This document shows positions 21,918 through 32,226 of a stretch of 64,000 bases of DNA, in pieces. A program made the position numbers and the translations under genes. The notes beneath the pieces were generated by a model. It did no database searches, was not told the origin of the DNA, and saw only the letters and a list, made by a program, of their open reading frames with translations. Origin of the DNA: an uncultured Chloroflexia bacterium. Its GTDB lineage: Bacteria > Chloroflexota > Chloroflexia > QHBQ01 > JADMIH01. Positions within the stretch are counted from its first letter, which is position 1. Each line of letters starts with the position of its first letter. The stretch spans positions 928,001 through 992,000 of the forward strand of contig CAWCNY010000003.1 of assembly GCA_963797095.1 (NCBI GenBank). Reading direction: 5' to 3'.

Positions 21918-23645
21918 ATGCAGAAGCCGGAAATTAGAGATCAGAAGCCAGAGGAGAGCAACCAGGACGCAGAGGCATCACCTGTTTCGGTGGATGTTGT
22001 GCCTGACAAGGCTTTTTACCGGCCCGGAGAGGAAGCGCGGATCAGCGTAACGGTAAGCAGCGCTGACGACCGGCCGGTGAGAGGTCGCATTGAGCTGGAA
22101 CTGGTCCACCTGGTCGATGTGTTGGAGATGCATGAGCAGGAGATAGAGCTGGCGCCACGTGCGGTTGAAACGGTGTTGTTTGCGGTCAGGCCGCCCTCGG
22201 CCCCTCTGCATGGCTACGGGTTGGACGTGACGATCTATAGCGAAGATGGTGGGGTGCTGGGCGGGGGGAGTGGGGCGTTGGACGTGCTGGAGCGCTGGTC
22301 TCAAGCCCCACGCTACGGCTTCCTCTCAGATTTCGCGCCCGACCAGCAATCGAGCGTGGAGGCGCGCGTGGCCTCGCTACGCCTCTACCATCTCAACGTG
22401 GTGCAGTTTTACGACTGGATGTGGCGACATTACCGCCTATTGCCGCCTGCGGAGGAGTTTACGGACGCGCTTGGGCGCAGGCTCTCCCTGCGCACAGTGC
22501 GCTCAGCGATTGAAGGAGTGCAGGCGATGGGCGGGGCGGCGATGGCCTACGGGGCGGTATATGGAGCGGAGCCTGAGTACGCCGATGCTCACCAGGAGTT
22601 GCGCCTGTACGACGAGCAGGGCCAGCCGATCAGTTTGGCCGAGCTATTCTATATCATGAATATCTCGCCAGGCTCGCCCTGGGTTGACCTGATAGTTGGA
22701 GAGTTTGCCGAAACCGTCCGCGAGCTTGGTTTTGACGGCATCCATCTCGACCAGTATGGCTTTCCCAAGACCGCCTATTCAGCCGAGGGCGAGTTGGTGG
22801 ACCTGTCCGTTTGCTTTCCTCCACTGATAGATAGGTCGCGTGCGGCGGTGGTAGCGGAGCGGGCGGAGGCGGGAGTGATCTTCAACGCGGTTGAGAACTG
22901 GCCTATCGAAACGGTCGCCTCAACTACACAGGACGCCGTTTACATAGAGGTGTGGCCTCCCTACACTTCGTACAACGATCTGCGCGCGTTGATCCGCGAG
23001 GGGAAACGGCTCGGCGTGGACAAACAGGTGATCCTGGCTGCGTACCTTTCGCCTTTCCTGGGAAACGCGGAAGAGGCAGCGCCCGGTGCGGAGGCGGCGG
23101 CGCTCCTGGCGACCGCGACTATAGCGGCCAGTGGGGGCTTCCACCTGTTGTTGGGCGAACGTGATGGGGTGCTCTGCGATCCTTATTACCCTAAATACGG
23201 GACTTTGCGCCCCTCTTTTGCTCCTACCATGCGGGCTTACTACGATTTCCTGGTGCGCTACGAAGAGCTTTTTATCGCGCCCGACGTAGCGGATTGGACA
23301 CCCGGAACGATTAAATCGCCGGGCGTACCTGTGAGTCGCGAGGCGGAGGTAGGCTCGATCTGGGCGATTCCGCGCGCCAGGCCCGGCTATCGCATACTCC
23401 ATCTCATCAACCTGTCGGATCAAGCTGATATTGCCTGGAACGAGCCGCGCACCGCCCCCAGGCTGCGGGAAGATTTCGACCTGGTTGTGAGCGATCTACC
23501 TCATGTGAAGGAGGTGCTGTTGCTCGCCCCAGAAGCGGCTGCCGCTTTGCCTTTGCGGTGGAGTCAGGAGGGAGATAGGGTGCATCTTCGCCTGCCCCGT
23601 TGCTATGTATGGGCTGTGGTCGTATATGTGCTGGCGGATGGATAG
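21918..23645 (+). CDS. GH66 dextranase-like protein (cytoplasmic)
   Basis: DKAFYRPGE, PRYGFLSDF, QFYDWMWRH, GFDGIHLDQYG, YIEVW, ILAAY, YYDF. ATG at 21918 directly after the GH15 stop. Confidence 0.85.
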   Translation: MQKPEIRDQKPEESNQDAEASPVSVDVVPDKAFYRPGEEARISVTVSSADDRPVRGRIELELVHLVDVLEMHEQEIELAPRAVETVLFAVRPPSAPLHGYGLDVTIYSEDGGVLGGGSGALDVLERWSQAPRYGFLSDFAPDQQSSVEARVASLRLYHLNVVQFYDWMWRHYRLLPPAEEFTDALGRRLSLRTVRSAIEGVQAMGGAAMAYGAVYGAEPEYADAHQELRLYDEQGQPISLAELFYIMNISPGSPWVDLIVGEFAETVRELGFDGIHLDQYGFPKTAYSAEGELVDLSVCFPPLIDRSRAAVVAERAEAGVIFNAVENWPIETVASTTQDAVYIEVWPPYTSYNDLRALIREGKRLGVDKQVILAAYLSPFLGNAEEAAPGAEAAALLATATIAASGGFHLLLGERDGVLCDPYYPKYGTLRPSFAPTMRAYYDFLVRYEELFIAPDVADWTPGTIKSPGVPVSREAEVGSIWAIPRARPGYRILHLINLSDQADIAWNEPRTAPRLREDFDLVVSDLPHVKEVLLLAPEAAAALPLRWSQEGDRVHLRLPRCYVWAVVVYVLADG

Positions 23646-23665
23646 CTACCTGGGCCAGGTATACC

Positions 23666-24973
23666 TCAGAGGGGACCAACGCCGTCCACTGCCTGGCAGA
23701 CATACATGGGCGCGACAAGCCCCGTCTCGGCCATATAGCGCTCCACTACCTCGCGGTTGAATGTGCTGACTGCTTCCGTTTTCACAAGATGCACGGTCGA
23801 GCCGCCGAAACCCCCGCCCGTCATGCGCGTGCCGAGCACGCCGGGCATACGCCGTGCCAGCTCGATCAGGCGGTCTATGGGAGGGACGGTGATCTGGTAA
23901 TCGTCTCGCATGCTCACATGCGACCTGTACATAAGCTGGCCGAACCGGTCCAGGTCGCCGGCCTGCAAAGCCTCTACGCTTAACAATACTCTTTCGTTTT
24001 CTGTAACGACATGGCGCACTCGCCTGCGAACGATTTCGGGCAATGCCGCGCTGTGTCGTTCAAAATCCTCGATAGTGATGTCGCGGAGCGAATTGATATT
24101 GCGACCCGGCATGAGTGCCTGGAGCAGCCTCACTCCTTCCAGGCACTCGCGCTTGCGAGTGTTGTACTCGCTATCTACAAGACCGCGCTGCACACCCGAT
24201 TCCACCACTACCACCGATACTCCGTGCTGCTCCGCAGGGAGCACTCCGCGCTGCTCCGCAGGGAGCACTCCGCGCTGCTCCGCAGGGAGCACTCCGTGCT
24301 GCTCCGCAGGGAGCACTCCGTGCTGCTCCGCAGGGAGCACTCCGTGCTGCTCAAGGCCGAGCGGTACCACTTGGTAGGTGAGATCGCGGCAGTCTATACA
24401 CAAAGCCGCGTCACGCTGCCCGAGTGCTGAAATGAACTGGTCCATGATACCCGTCTGCACGCCTACAAAGCGGTTTTCGGCCTCCTGGCCCCATAGAGCA
24501 AGCTGAACTTTATCGATCTGCTCTCCGGATAGCGAGGCAAAAGTATAACCAACAGCAATTTCCAGGGCGGCCGAGGAAGACAGGCCCGCACCCCTGGGCA
24601 CATCGCCTGCTATAGCGATATCCGCGCCTACGAGCGGCTGCCCGTGGTCGCGCAAGGCCGCGGCTACTCCGCGCACGTAGTTACTCCACCCGGCGTCCTG
24701 GGAAGGGGTTATGTCGTCAACGTCAAAAGTGGAAAGCTGGCTGTAATCTTGCGAGTAAAGACAAATCAGGCGAGAGCCGGAGGGTGCTGCCAGCGTGATC
24801 ACCTGCCGGTCGATAGCTATTGGCAGCACGAAGCCGCCGTTGTAATCTGTGTGCTCGCCTATCAGGTTGACCCTGCCCGGCGCACGCACCGCTAAAGTAG
24901 GCTCCCGCCCGAAGGTTTGTTTGAATTGAGCGTAAAGTTCCTCGATCATTGGCAACTCATTTCGTGGCTGCAT
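23666..24973 (-). CDS. galK: Galactokinase with a 40-aa in-frame repeat insertion
   Basis: APGRVNLIGEHTDYNGG, PRGAGLSSSAA, GIMDQ, RMTGGGFGG. Start may be 24949. Confidence 0.95.
   Translation of the reverse strand: MQPRNELPMIEELYAQFKQTFGREPTLAVRAPGRVNLIGEHTDYNGGFVLPIAIDRQVITLAAPSGSRLICLYSQDYSQLSTFDVDDITPSQDAGWSNYVRGVAAALRDHGQPLVGADIAIAGDVPRGAGLSSSAALEIAVGYTFASLSGEQIDKVQLALWGQEAENRFVGVQTGIMDQFISALGQRDAALCIDCRDLTYQVVPLGLEQHGVLPAEQHGVLPAEQHGVLPAEQRGVLPAEQRGVLPAEQHGVSVVVVESGVQRGLVDSEYNTRKRECLEGVRLLQALMPGRNINSLRDITIEDFERHSAALPEIVRRRVRHVVTENERVLLSVEALQAGDLDRFGQLMYRSHVSMRDDYQITVPPIDRLIELARRMPGVLGTRMTGGGFGGSTVHLVKTEAVSTFNREVVERYMAETGLVAPMYVCQAVDGVGPL
24219..24352. repeat. 24-bp tandem repeat x5.6 inside galK, encoding (EQ[H/R]GVLPA)n
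   Basis: Unit ACTCCG(T/C)GCTGCTCCGCAGGGAGC read directly from the sequence. Confidence 0.96.
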
Positions 24974-25026
24974 CTCCTCGATACCTTCGGGAAGATGTCT
25001 CGCCGGCCGGGGTAACTCAAAACCGT

Positions 25027-26076
25027 TTACTCCTCGGAGCTGCTGCGGAGCTGTTCCGCAGCACTTTCTGCGGTGACATCTCGTTGCGGCTGGCCCAGCA
25101 TTTCATAACCGACCATGAACTTGCGTATAGTAGCCGAGCGCAGTAGAGGCGGGTAAAAGTGGGCGTGCAGGTGCCACTCCTGGTGGTTCGCATCGTCGGT
25201 AGGGCTCTGGTGAAAGCCCATACTGTAAGGGAAGCTAATCTCGAACAGCTTATCGTATCGACGCGTTACACTTCGCAGGATGCCCGCTAAACCGTCGCGC
25301 TCTGCCGGTGAAAGGGTGGGTAGGGCACCGTGGTGCTTACGAGGCAAGACTAACGTCTCAAAAGGCCATACCGCCCAGAACGGCACCAGCGCCACGAAGT
25401 GTTCGTTGGAGCAAATGACGCGCTGCTCGTGCTGCAACTCCAACCGCAGGTAATCACATAGAAGGCAGTTACCGGACGCCGACGCATAAGCCCCCTGCTC
25501 GCGCAATTCTTTGGCCGGTTCGTTAGGTATTCGTTCGTTTGCCCAGATCTGCCCGTGCGGGTGCGGGTTGCTCGCGCCCATCATCTCGCCCCGGTTTTCA
25601 AAAATCTGTACATGTTGCACCCAGGCTAAGTCCCCCAATTTTACGTACTGGTCAACCCAGGTGTCCACAACCCGCCGGAGGTCGGGGATATCCATGCCGG
25701 ACAGGGTAAGGTCGTGGCGTGGGGAGAAACAGACAACCCGGCAGATGCCGCGCTCGCTGTTGGCCTCTATCAGGGATGGCCGGGTGTCATCCACGCTGTA
25801 GGCAAGATCGGCGGGTGCAGTGTTGGGACGCAGGGCGGCAAAGTCGTTCTCAAAGACGAAGGTACCTGTGTAATCGGGATTGCGCACGCCGCCTGCGCGC
25901 ACGTTGCCGGGGCAGAGATAGCAGGTGGGATCGTAAGTGGGCCGCTGTTCTGATACGACCCGCTCCATCTGGCCTTGCCATGGCCGAGCCGTGCGTTGCG
26001 GCGACACCAGCAGCCACTCGCCGGTGAGTGCATTCCGCCTGCGGTGAGGTGCCGAGAACAGGGTGGTGTCATCCAT
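25027..26076 (-). CDS. galT: UDP-glucose--hexose-1-phosphate uridylyltransferase (E. coli-type GalT)
   Basis: [71 protein letters not shown]. Confidence 0.96.
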   Translation of the reverse strand: MDDTTLFSAPHRRRNALTGEWLLVSPQRTARPWQGQMERVVSEQRPTYDPTCYLCPGNVRAGGVRNPDYTGTFVFENDFAALRPNTAPADLAYSVDDTRPSLIEANSERGICRVVCFSPRHDLTLSGMDIPDLRRVVDTWVDQYVKLGDLAWVQHVQIFENRGEMMGASNPHPHGQIWANERIPNEPAKELREQGAYASASGNCLLCDYLRLELQHEQRVICSNEHFVALVPFWAVWPFETLVLPRKHHGALPTLSPAERDGLAGILRSVTRRYDKLFEISFPYSMGFHQSPTDDANHQEWHLHAHFYPPLLRSATIRKFMVGYEMLGQPQRDVTAESAAEQLRSSSEE

Positions 26077-26146
26077 TGGTCGTGTCTCCTCCTGTGCTCA
26101 ACAGATGTGAGAGGTGAGCCGGGACTTCTTCGGACCAGGGCCGAAT

Positions 26147-27118
26147 CTACCAGGCGTAGGCTTCCGGTGCCTCGCCGCCCGGCCCCGGCCAGATCTCGTC
26201 AAGGCGCGCCAGGCTTTCGGCGCTGAGATGCAATTCCAGCGCCCGCAGCGACGCTTGCAGTTGGTCTACCGTGCGCGGCCCTATGATCGGCCCCGTCACT
26301 ACAGGGTTATGCAACAGCCATGCCAGTGCCACATCTGCCTGCTGCTCCCCAAGCTCCCGGCAGAACGCCTGGTATGTATCCAGTTGCGGCCCGTACTTCT
26401 CCACCTCTTTTTGCATCCCCTCACCGGCCCGGCGGCCTTCGCTTGTCGTTCCTGCCGGGCCTGCGAGCAGACCGCCCGCGAGAGGGCCCCACGGGATGAT
26501 GCCCAGGCCGTATTCTCGGCAGGCGGGAATTACCTCCAGCTCGATGGTGCGGTCGCGCAGGCTGTAGCGACTTTGCTCGGCAACCAGGCCCATGAAATGT
26601 CGCGCCTGTGCAGCGCAGTTGGCCTGGACTATGTGCCACCCGGCGAAGTTGCTGCTACCGACGTAGATGACCTTACCCTCGCGCACCAACTGCTCCATCG
26701 CCTGCCAGATCTCCTCCCAGGGCGTGGTCCGGTCAACGTGGTGCATCTGGTACAGGTCTATATGGTCGGTTTGCAAACGCCGCAGGCTCTCCTCGCAGGC
26801 CCGGCGAATGTGATAGGCCGACAAGCCCCGGTCGTTGGGGCCTTCACCCATTTTCTGGTACACCTTGGTCGACAGCACGATCTGTTCCCGGCGGGCGGGG
26901 TTCTGGGCCAGCCAGCGCCCGATTATCTGCTCTGATTGGCCTTCGCCAAGCCTGGTGCTGTACACGTTAGCCGTGTCAAAGAAGTTGATGCCCACTTCCA
27001 GCGCTCTGTCCATAATCGCGAAACTGCCCGCTTCATCGGCCTGCGAGCCGAAGTTCATGGTGCCGAGACAGAAACGGCTGACGCTCAGGCCGGTGCGGCC
27101 AAGATGCGCATATTGCAT
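26147..27118 (-). CDS. Aldo/keto reductase
   Basis: LGTMNFG, FDTANVY, STK, DHIDLYQMH, WGPLAGG, IIGPRT. Confidence 0.92.
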   Translation of the reverse strand: MQYAHLGRTGLSVSRFCLGTMNFGSQADEAGSFAIMDRALEVGINFFDTANVYSTRLGEGQSEQIIGRWLAQNPARREQIVLSTKVYQKMGEGPNDRGLSAYHIRRACEESLRRLQTDHIDLYQMHHVDRTTPWEEIWQAMEQLVREGKVIYVGSSNFAGWHIVQANCAAQARHFMGLVAEQSRYSLRDRTIELEVIPACREYGLGIIPWGPLAGGLLAGPAGTTSEGRRAGEGMQKEVEKYGPQLDTYQAFCRELGEQQADVALAWLLHNPVVTGPIIGPRTVDQLQASLRALELHLSAESLARLDEIWPGPGGEAPEAYAW

Positions 27119-27137
27119 AGCGTCCTCTCTTGAATAC

Positions 27138-29210
27138 CTATCCTTCCAGGATGGCTACTTCGTGTGCGGGTAGCGCGAGCACACCCTCGTGCGTTTTGCC
27201 CGTAAGGAGGTCGCGCATGGGGGATGGTAGAGACACATGCGCCTCAAACGTGTTGTGGTTGAGTACGAAGGTGTAGCCCCGGCCTTCCGCCTCTCGACGG
27301 CTCACCTCCACGCCCTCCGGCGCTTCCAGGGGCGAGGCTATCCCCAGGTCGTCCAGCGCCATTCCCACCACGTTCGCTACCAATTCCGGCGTGGGGCGGG
27401 TAGCCACGTATATAGCGCGGCCCTCTCCAAACCGGTGTTGAGTAATCGCGGGCTGCCCCGCATAGAAATCTTCCTCGAAAGTTGCCAGCGCTTCAGCGCC
27501 TTCCAGGTGCACTATATCGCACCACAAATCGCAACCGTAACTGCCGCCCGGCAACTTGCCCTCTCCGGGCACCAGCAGCCGGGTGCTCATATCCGGCTCC
27601 AGCGGGTCGAACTCTTCTACCCAGATGCCAAGCGTCTTGCGTAGCGGGCCGGGCGAGCCGCCCAACCAGGCGCGGTCGCTCTCGTCTACCACCCCGCTGA
27701 AGAAGGTCGTCAAGAAGGTGCCGCCCCCCTGCACATAGCGCTCGATAGCGGCACCTTGCCCGGCGCTCACCATATTCAGTAAAGGCGCGATAACGAGGGC
27801 GTATCCGCTCAGGTCGCGGTCCGGAGGTACGACGTCCACCGCGATGTTGCGGTCCCACAGAGGGCGATAATAGCGCTGTACCTCCTCGACGTAGGAGAGA
27901 GCGCTGCTTGGACCGGGAGTGTACTCGACATTCCACCAGTTGGGCCAGCTAAAGACCAGGGCGATGCGAGCCGGCAGGCGCGTGCCCAGGACGCTATCGC
28001 CCAGGGCCCGTAGCTCTGCCCCCAGCGTGGCGACATCGTTGAACACGCGAGTGTGCTCGTGCCCCGCCTGGCTTACGACCGCACCATGATATTTCTCCGC
28101 CGAGCCGCGTGATTGCCGCCACTGGAAGTACATCACCGCGTCCGAGCCGCGGGCCACCGCCTGGTAGCTGAGCAAGCGCATAATATGCGGGCGCTTGAGA
28201 GGGTTGTGCGAGCGCCACTGTACCTGGCTGGGCGTCTGCTCTATCAGCAGCCACGGCAGGCCTGCTTTGAGGCCGCGCATCAGGTCGTGGCGCAGGGCTA
28301 CTGCGCTCGGGTGGTCGCTTCTCTGCGGATATGAGTCCCAGGAGACTACATCAAGATAAGGTGCCCAGGCAAAGTAGTCGAGGGGTTTGTACCACTCCAT
28401 CAGGTTGGTGGTTACGGGCACATGGGGAGTTATCTCGTGCAGAATATCCGCCTCGCCCCTGTAGCATTCCAGGTTCATATCGGACATGAATCTGCGGTAG
28501 TCAAGTACGAGGCCCTGGATGCTGTGCTCCCCTCGCCCGCCCGGAGGCTCGATCTGCTCCCAGGTTGTGTATGTATGGCCCCAGAAGGGTGTTACCCAGT
28601 GCTTATTGACCTCATCGAGCGGGCCGTAGCGAGCCTGTAGCCACACGCGGAAGCGGGCCGCGCAACGCTCGCAATAGCAAGTCGGCCCGTACTCGTTGCT
28701 CACATGCCACAGCAAGAGAGCCGGATGTTGGCGATAACGTTCGGCCAGGCGCTTTGCGAGGTTTTGGGCGAGCCTGCGGAAATCAGGGCTGGTGGGACAA
28801 TAGTTTTGCCGGTGGCCGTGCTTCTTGCGTATACCCTGGTCGTCTACCGGCAACACATCCGGGTATGCCTCCGAGAGCCAGGCCGGTTGGGCTGCGGTTG
28901 CCGTTGCCAGGGAGGCGAACACTCCGTTTTCCGCCAGCAAATCGAGCACCCGGTCCAGCCACTCGAAAGTGAATGTATGCTCGTCGGGCTGCAACGAAAC
29001 CCAGCTAAAAACGCCTACGGTAGCGACGTTCACCCCCGCCAGGCGCATCAGGCGCATATCTTCCTGCCAGATAGCTTCGCCCTCGTAACCGAACCTGGGC
29101 GTCCACTGTTCGGGATTGTAGTCGCCTCCATAGGCTATCTGTTTTAGACGCCCATACAGCCACTTCATCCGGCCCGCCCCGTCGGGCGCTATTGTGTTGT
29201 CAGGGTCCAT
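27138..29210 (-). CDS. Beta-galactosidase, GH42
   Basis: YGGDYNPEQW, GVFSW, WHVSNEY, SWDSYP, IEQTPSQVQW, YFQWRQSRGSAEKYHG. Start placed at ATG 29210; the ORF is open to 29288. Confidence 0.94.
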   Translation of the reverse strand: MDPDNTIAPDGAGRMKWLYGRLKQIAYGGDYNPEQWTPRFGYEGEAIWQEDMRLMRLAGVNVATVGVFSWVSLQPDEHTFTFEWLDRVLDLLAENGVFASLATATAAQPAWLSEAYPDVLPVDDQGIRKKHGHRQNYCPTSPDFRRLAQNLAKRLAERYRQHPALLLWHVSNEYGPTCYCERCAARFRVWLQARYGPLDEVNKHWVTPFWGHTYTTWEQIEPPGGRGEHSIQGLVLDYRRFMSDMNLECYRGEADILHEITPHVPVTTNLMEWYKPLDYFAWAPYLDVVSWDSYPQRSDHPSAVALRHDLMRGLKAGLPWLLIEQTPSQVQWRSHNPLKRPHIMRLLSYQAVARGSDAVMYFQWRQSRGSAEKYHGAVVSQAGHEHTRVFNDVATLGAELRALGDSVLGTRLPARIALVFSWPNWWNVEYTPGPSSALSYVEEVQRYYRPLWDRNIAVDVVPPDRDLSGYALVIAPLLNMVSAGQGAAIERYVQGGGTFLTTFFSGVVDESDRAWLGGSPGPLRKTLGIWVEEFDPLEPDMSTRLLVPGEGKLPGGSYGCDLWCDIVHLEGAEALATFEEDFYAGQPAITQHRFGEGRAIYVATRPTPELVANVVGMALDDLGIASPLEAPEGVEVSRREAEGRGYTFVLNHNTFEAHVSLPSPMRDLLTGKTHEGVLALPAHEVAILEG

Positions 29211-29302
29211 TTTGGCCTTTCTTTGAGTGACGAGTTTTGCGTATGGTCCGCGCCGTGCCAATACCTCTGGTACGGTGGGCCAGTGCACCGTTGCGGGGAA
29301 AT

Positions 29303-29336
29303 ACAGGAGGGCTGGACGCGGTGGCTCAGCCCTCCT
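29303..29336. terminator. Hairpin between the SBP and GH42 genes (terminator or mRNA stabiliser)
   Basis: AGGAGGGCTG...CAGCCCTCCT inverted repeat. Confidence 0.5.
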
Positions 29337-29354
29337 ACTTCCGTCTTGAGTGTC

Positions 29355-30701
29355 TTATTTCATCTTGGCAAGTGCGGATGTAGCCGCTTGCTGGGAGGCC
29401 GTCATGATAGATTGCGGGTCGTCACTACCCGTCCACAGCGCTGTCCACGCTTTGGCAGCGGGATCCCACAAGGCTCCCATGAATGGGGTGTTGGGCAAGG
29501 GCACGCCATCTTGCGCCTGGGCGTTGAACGCCGACACGATTGGGTCGCTGCTCAAGTCGCTGGCTGCTGCTGAGTTGGCAGGCACTTCGCCGGTCTTCTT
29601 GACCATAGCCTCCTGCTGCTCTTTGGACGTATAGAACTTCATGATGTCCACAGCTACATCGGGGTTCTTGCTGCCGTGCGCCAGCATAAGCACCTTCACC
29701 CCAACGAACGGCTTGGCCGGGCCGCCATCGCCGAAATCTACAGCCGGCAGTTTGCCAAGTCCGAAGTTCATATTGGCTTTTTGCAGGTCCGCAACGCGCC
29801 AGGGGCCGGTAAGCTCAATAGCGGCTTTACCGTCGTTGAACAAAGCGTCGGCTACGTTCGTATCAATGTCGGTGGGCATCAGACCTTGCAAGCCGCGAAT
29901 CCATTGTGCGGCGGCAAGAGCCTGGGGCGTGTCCAGGTGCGCTACCCCCTGGTCGTCCACATATTGAGCGCCCGCACCATAGAACCATGGCGCATTAAAG
30001 TAGGCATCCGTCGGGTTCCACACCGCGAAGTACTTGCCTGGGTTGGCCTTGGTGTAGTCCGTCATCATCTGCTTTAGCTCGGTAGTGGTCTTGGGCAGCT
30101 TATCCTCGGTAATCAGATCCTTGTTGTAGAAGAAGGTGATGGCTTCCAGAGTCTCAGGCAGGCCATAAATCTTTCCATCATAAGTCACGGCCGAAGTTGC
30201 CACGTCTCCAAAGTTCTGCTTCAGATAGTTTTGGTCAATGCCGCCCTGGCCATCAAGGGGGTCAATGACGCCTGTAAGAGCGTTCTGACCTATATTGTCG
30301 TCAACCCACGCCACAATATCGGGGCCAACACCAGCAGGTACGGCATTCTGAACTTTGGGGCCGATATCGGACACATTCAGAAGCTTGATAGCAACATCGG
30401 GGTGTTCCTTGACGTACTCGGCGAAAACAGCTTGCTTGGCGGTCAGATAGTCGCCGCCCCAACCATGCCAGATGGTGATCGTCGTCTTGGCGTCCGCGCT
30501 GCCCAGCGCGACCGCTGTCGGCTCGACTGTGGCTGTTGCCTCGGTCATCGCACCGCTGTTATCGGCTACCGCGGTATCGGTGGGTGCCGCGGTTGGCGAC
30601 TGGGCGGTGCCTGTGGTAGGGGTCGCAGAGTCACCGCAGGCGGTGAGTACGAAGGCCAGTATAACCACGGTTACGAGCCAGATATGTTTGAAAGACTTCA
30701 T
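29355..30701 (-). CDS. MalE/GanS-like oligosaccharide-binding lipoprotein
   Basis: Lipobox LTAC, GPDI, YGLP, FYNKDL, TGPW, KPFVGV, PNTPFMGALW. Confidence 0.9.
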   Translation of the reverse strand: MKSFKHIWLVTVVILAFVLTACGDSATPTTGTAQSPTAAPTDTAVADNSGAMTEATATVEPTAVALGSADAKTTITIWHGWGGDYLTAKQAVFAEYVKEHPDVAIKLLNVSDIGPKVQNAVPAGVGPDIVAWVDDNIGQNALTGVIDPLDGQGGIDQNYLKQNFGDVATSAVTYDGKIYGLPETLEAITFFYNKDLITEDKLPKTTTELKQMMTDYTKANPGKYFAVWNPTDAYFNAPWFYGAGAQYVDDQGVAHLDTPQALAAAQWIRGLQGLMPTDIDTNVADALFNDGKAAIELTGPWRVADLQKANMNFGLGKLPAVDFGDGGPAKPFVGVKVLMLAHGSKNPDVAVDIMKFYTSKEQQEAMVKKTGEVPANSAAASDLSSDPIVSAFNAQAQDGVPLPNTPFMGALWDPAAKAWTALWTGSDDPQSIMTASQQAATSALAKMK

Positions 30702-30768
30702 GGACTATCCTCCTAATTCGCTTCCCGGTTAATCTCAATCGCTATGATGCCCAGATCGTACTTTTGCA

Positions 30769-30843
30769 GCACGTAGTGCTCCCTGCGCAAGCGGCACGTA
30801 GTGCTCCCTGCGCAAGCGGCACGTAGTGCTCCCTGCGCAAGCA
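30769..30843. repeat. 25-bp tandem repeat x3, GCACGTAGTGCTCCCTGCGCAAGC(G/A)
   Basis: Three head-to-tail copies with no spacers; related to the galK insert and to the copy at 32225. Confidence 0.95.
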
Positions 30844-30986
30844 GTTATGTGTGGGGCCAGGCGCGGGGACCCCAACGATGTACGGGCCGCCATTGCCTGA
30901 AATACCTCCCTTCCTCTACTCTGAGACCGGGGCACCGGCCAGAGATGTCATAATAGGCCGCGTACACGGCCTCCAACCGCCTCTGT

Positions 30987-30998
30987 TTAACCGGTTAA
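30987..30998. promoter_or_regulatory. Putative LacI-family operator
   Basis: TTAACCGGTTAA palindrome with central CG, between the divergent SBP and LacI genes. Confidence 0.65.
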
Positions 30999-31085
30999 CT
31001 CGCCGCACAAAACAAACCACGAATTGTAAGTAAAGAGTGGCCGGTGTAGGTAGCATAGCCTGGACAGGAGGCGTTGTTGCTGCGT

Positions 31086-31114
31086 ATTATACAGGAGTGA
31101 ACCTATCAGTACAA
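31086..31114 (-). promoter_or_regulatory. Sigma70-type promoter of the SBP-GH42-gal operon
   Basis: Minus strand TTGTAC-17 nt-TATAAT. Confidence 0.65.
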
Positions 31115-31203
31115 CCCCATTAACAGCAACTCCAAGTAAAGAGCCGCTCGCTACTCAAAGGGGTATTGCCTGGTGATATAGCGTGAGCGAAAAAGGTGCG
31201 CCA

Positions 31204-32226
31204 ATGACTACACTGGCAGACGTGGCACGGTTGGCCGGAGTCACCAAAGCAACAGTGTCTTACGTGATCAACAACACCAAGAGTGTAAGTGAAACGACCC
31301 GCAAACGAGTGGAGGAGGCAATCCAGGCGCTGGATTACCACCCCAATCTACTTGCGCGTGGACTGTCTCGTGGGCATACTCGCATTCTCGCGCTTGCGCT
31401 CAACGCGATCACCAACCCCTTTTACGCCGAGTTCGCCGAGGAGGTGCAGCTTGCCGCCCGGCGGTATGACTACTACCTGTTGCTCTACAGCACCGGGCAA
31501 AGGGATGTGAAGGCTCCCAAACAGGCCCTCAAGCATATTTATTCGTTGATTGACGGCCTGTTGGTGACCAAGTCTGCGGTGCCTAGCTCCGAAGTGCAGA
31601 GGGCAGCGCAGCTTGGGATCCCGGTGGTGCTCTGTCTGGGCTGGACAGGAGTCGAGCAGGAGGGGCTTTTCCCGCTTGTGTATTACGATCACTTTCAGGC
31701 GGGCAGGCTCGCCGCCGAGCACCTGCTACAACTAGGTCACCGGCGATGTGCCGTCATAGTACCGGCCCCCCACCATTCGCCCCGCTTCAACGGGTTTCGC
31801 ACTTTGCTTGCCGAGGCCGGTGCCGACCTTGCGCCTGAGTTCATACAGGTCTGCTCCGAGGATACAATAGCGAGCGGGTATGAATCGGCACAAGCTCTGC
31901 TCTCCCTGCCCCAGAGACCTACAGCCATTTTCGCGACCAACGATTTGTTGGCTCTTGGAGCTATGGACGCAGTCCTTGATCGCGGCCTGCGCGTGCCGGA
32001 TGATATCTCCATAGTAGGCTTCGACGATATAGACCTGGCCTCCCAGGTCCGCCCCTCGCTGACCTCGGTGGCGCTCCCAAGAAGGGAGCTGGCAGTAAAG
32101 GCGGTTGAGTTGCTGATCCGGCAGATCGAACATGCAGACCAGAAGATGCTTCCACAGAACCTGGTGCTTACTCCCAGAATTGTCGCCCGCCAGTCAACAG
32201 CGCCGCCACTGGCCAGTAGCGAGTAG
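31204..32226 (+). CDS. LacI-family transcriptional regulator
   Basis: TLADVARLAGVTKATVSYVIN, YHPN..ARGL, TAIFATND, VPDDISIVGFDD, PSLTSV. Confidence 0.95.
   Translation: MTTLADVARLAGVTKATVSYVINNTKSVSETTRKRVEEAIQALDYHPNLLARGLSRGHTRILALALNAITNPFYAEFAEEVQLAARRYDYYLLLYSTGQRDVKAPKQALKHIYSLIDGLLVTKSAVPSSEVQRAAQLGIPVVLCLGWTGVEQEGLFPLVYYDHFQAGRLAAEHLLQLGHRRCAVIVPAPHHSPRFNGFRTLLAEAGADLAPEFIQVCSEDTIASGYESAQALLSLPQRPTAIFATNDLLALGAMDAVLDRGLRVPDDISIVGFDDIDLASQVRPSLTSVALPRRELAVKAVELLIRQIEHADQKMLPQNLVLTPRIVARQSTAPPLASSE

Noticed and set aside
29211-29288. Remnant ABC-exporter C-terminus (EVLARRGPYAKLV) ahead of GH42
   Set aside because: Too short to distinguish from chance similarity.
30769-30843. CRISPR array (25-bp repeats; also the 24-bp galK repeats)
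   Set aside because: Units are head-to-tail with no spacers, and there are no cas genes in the window.
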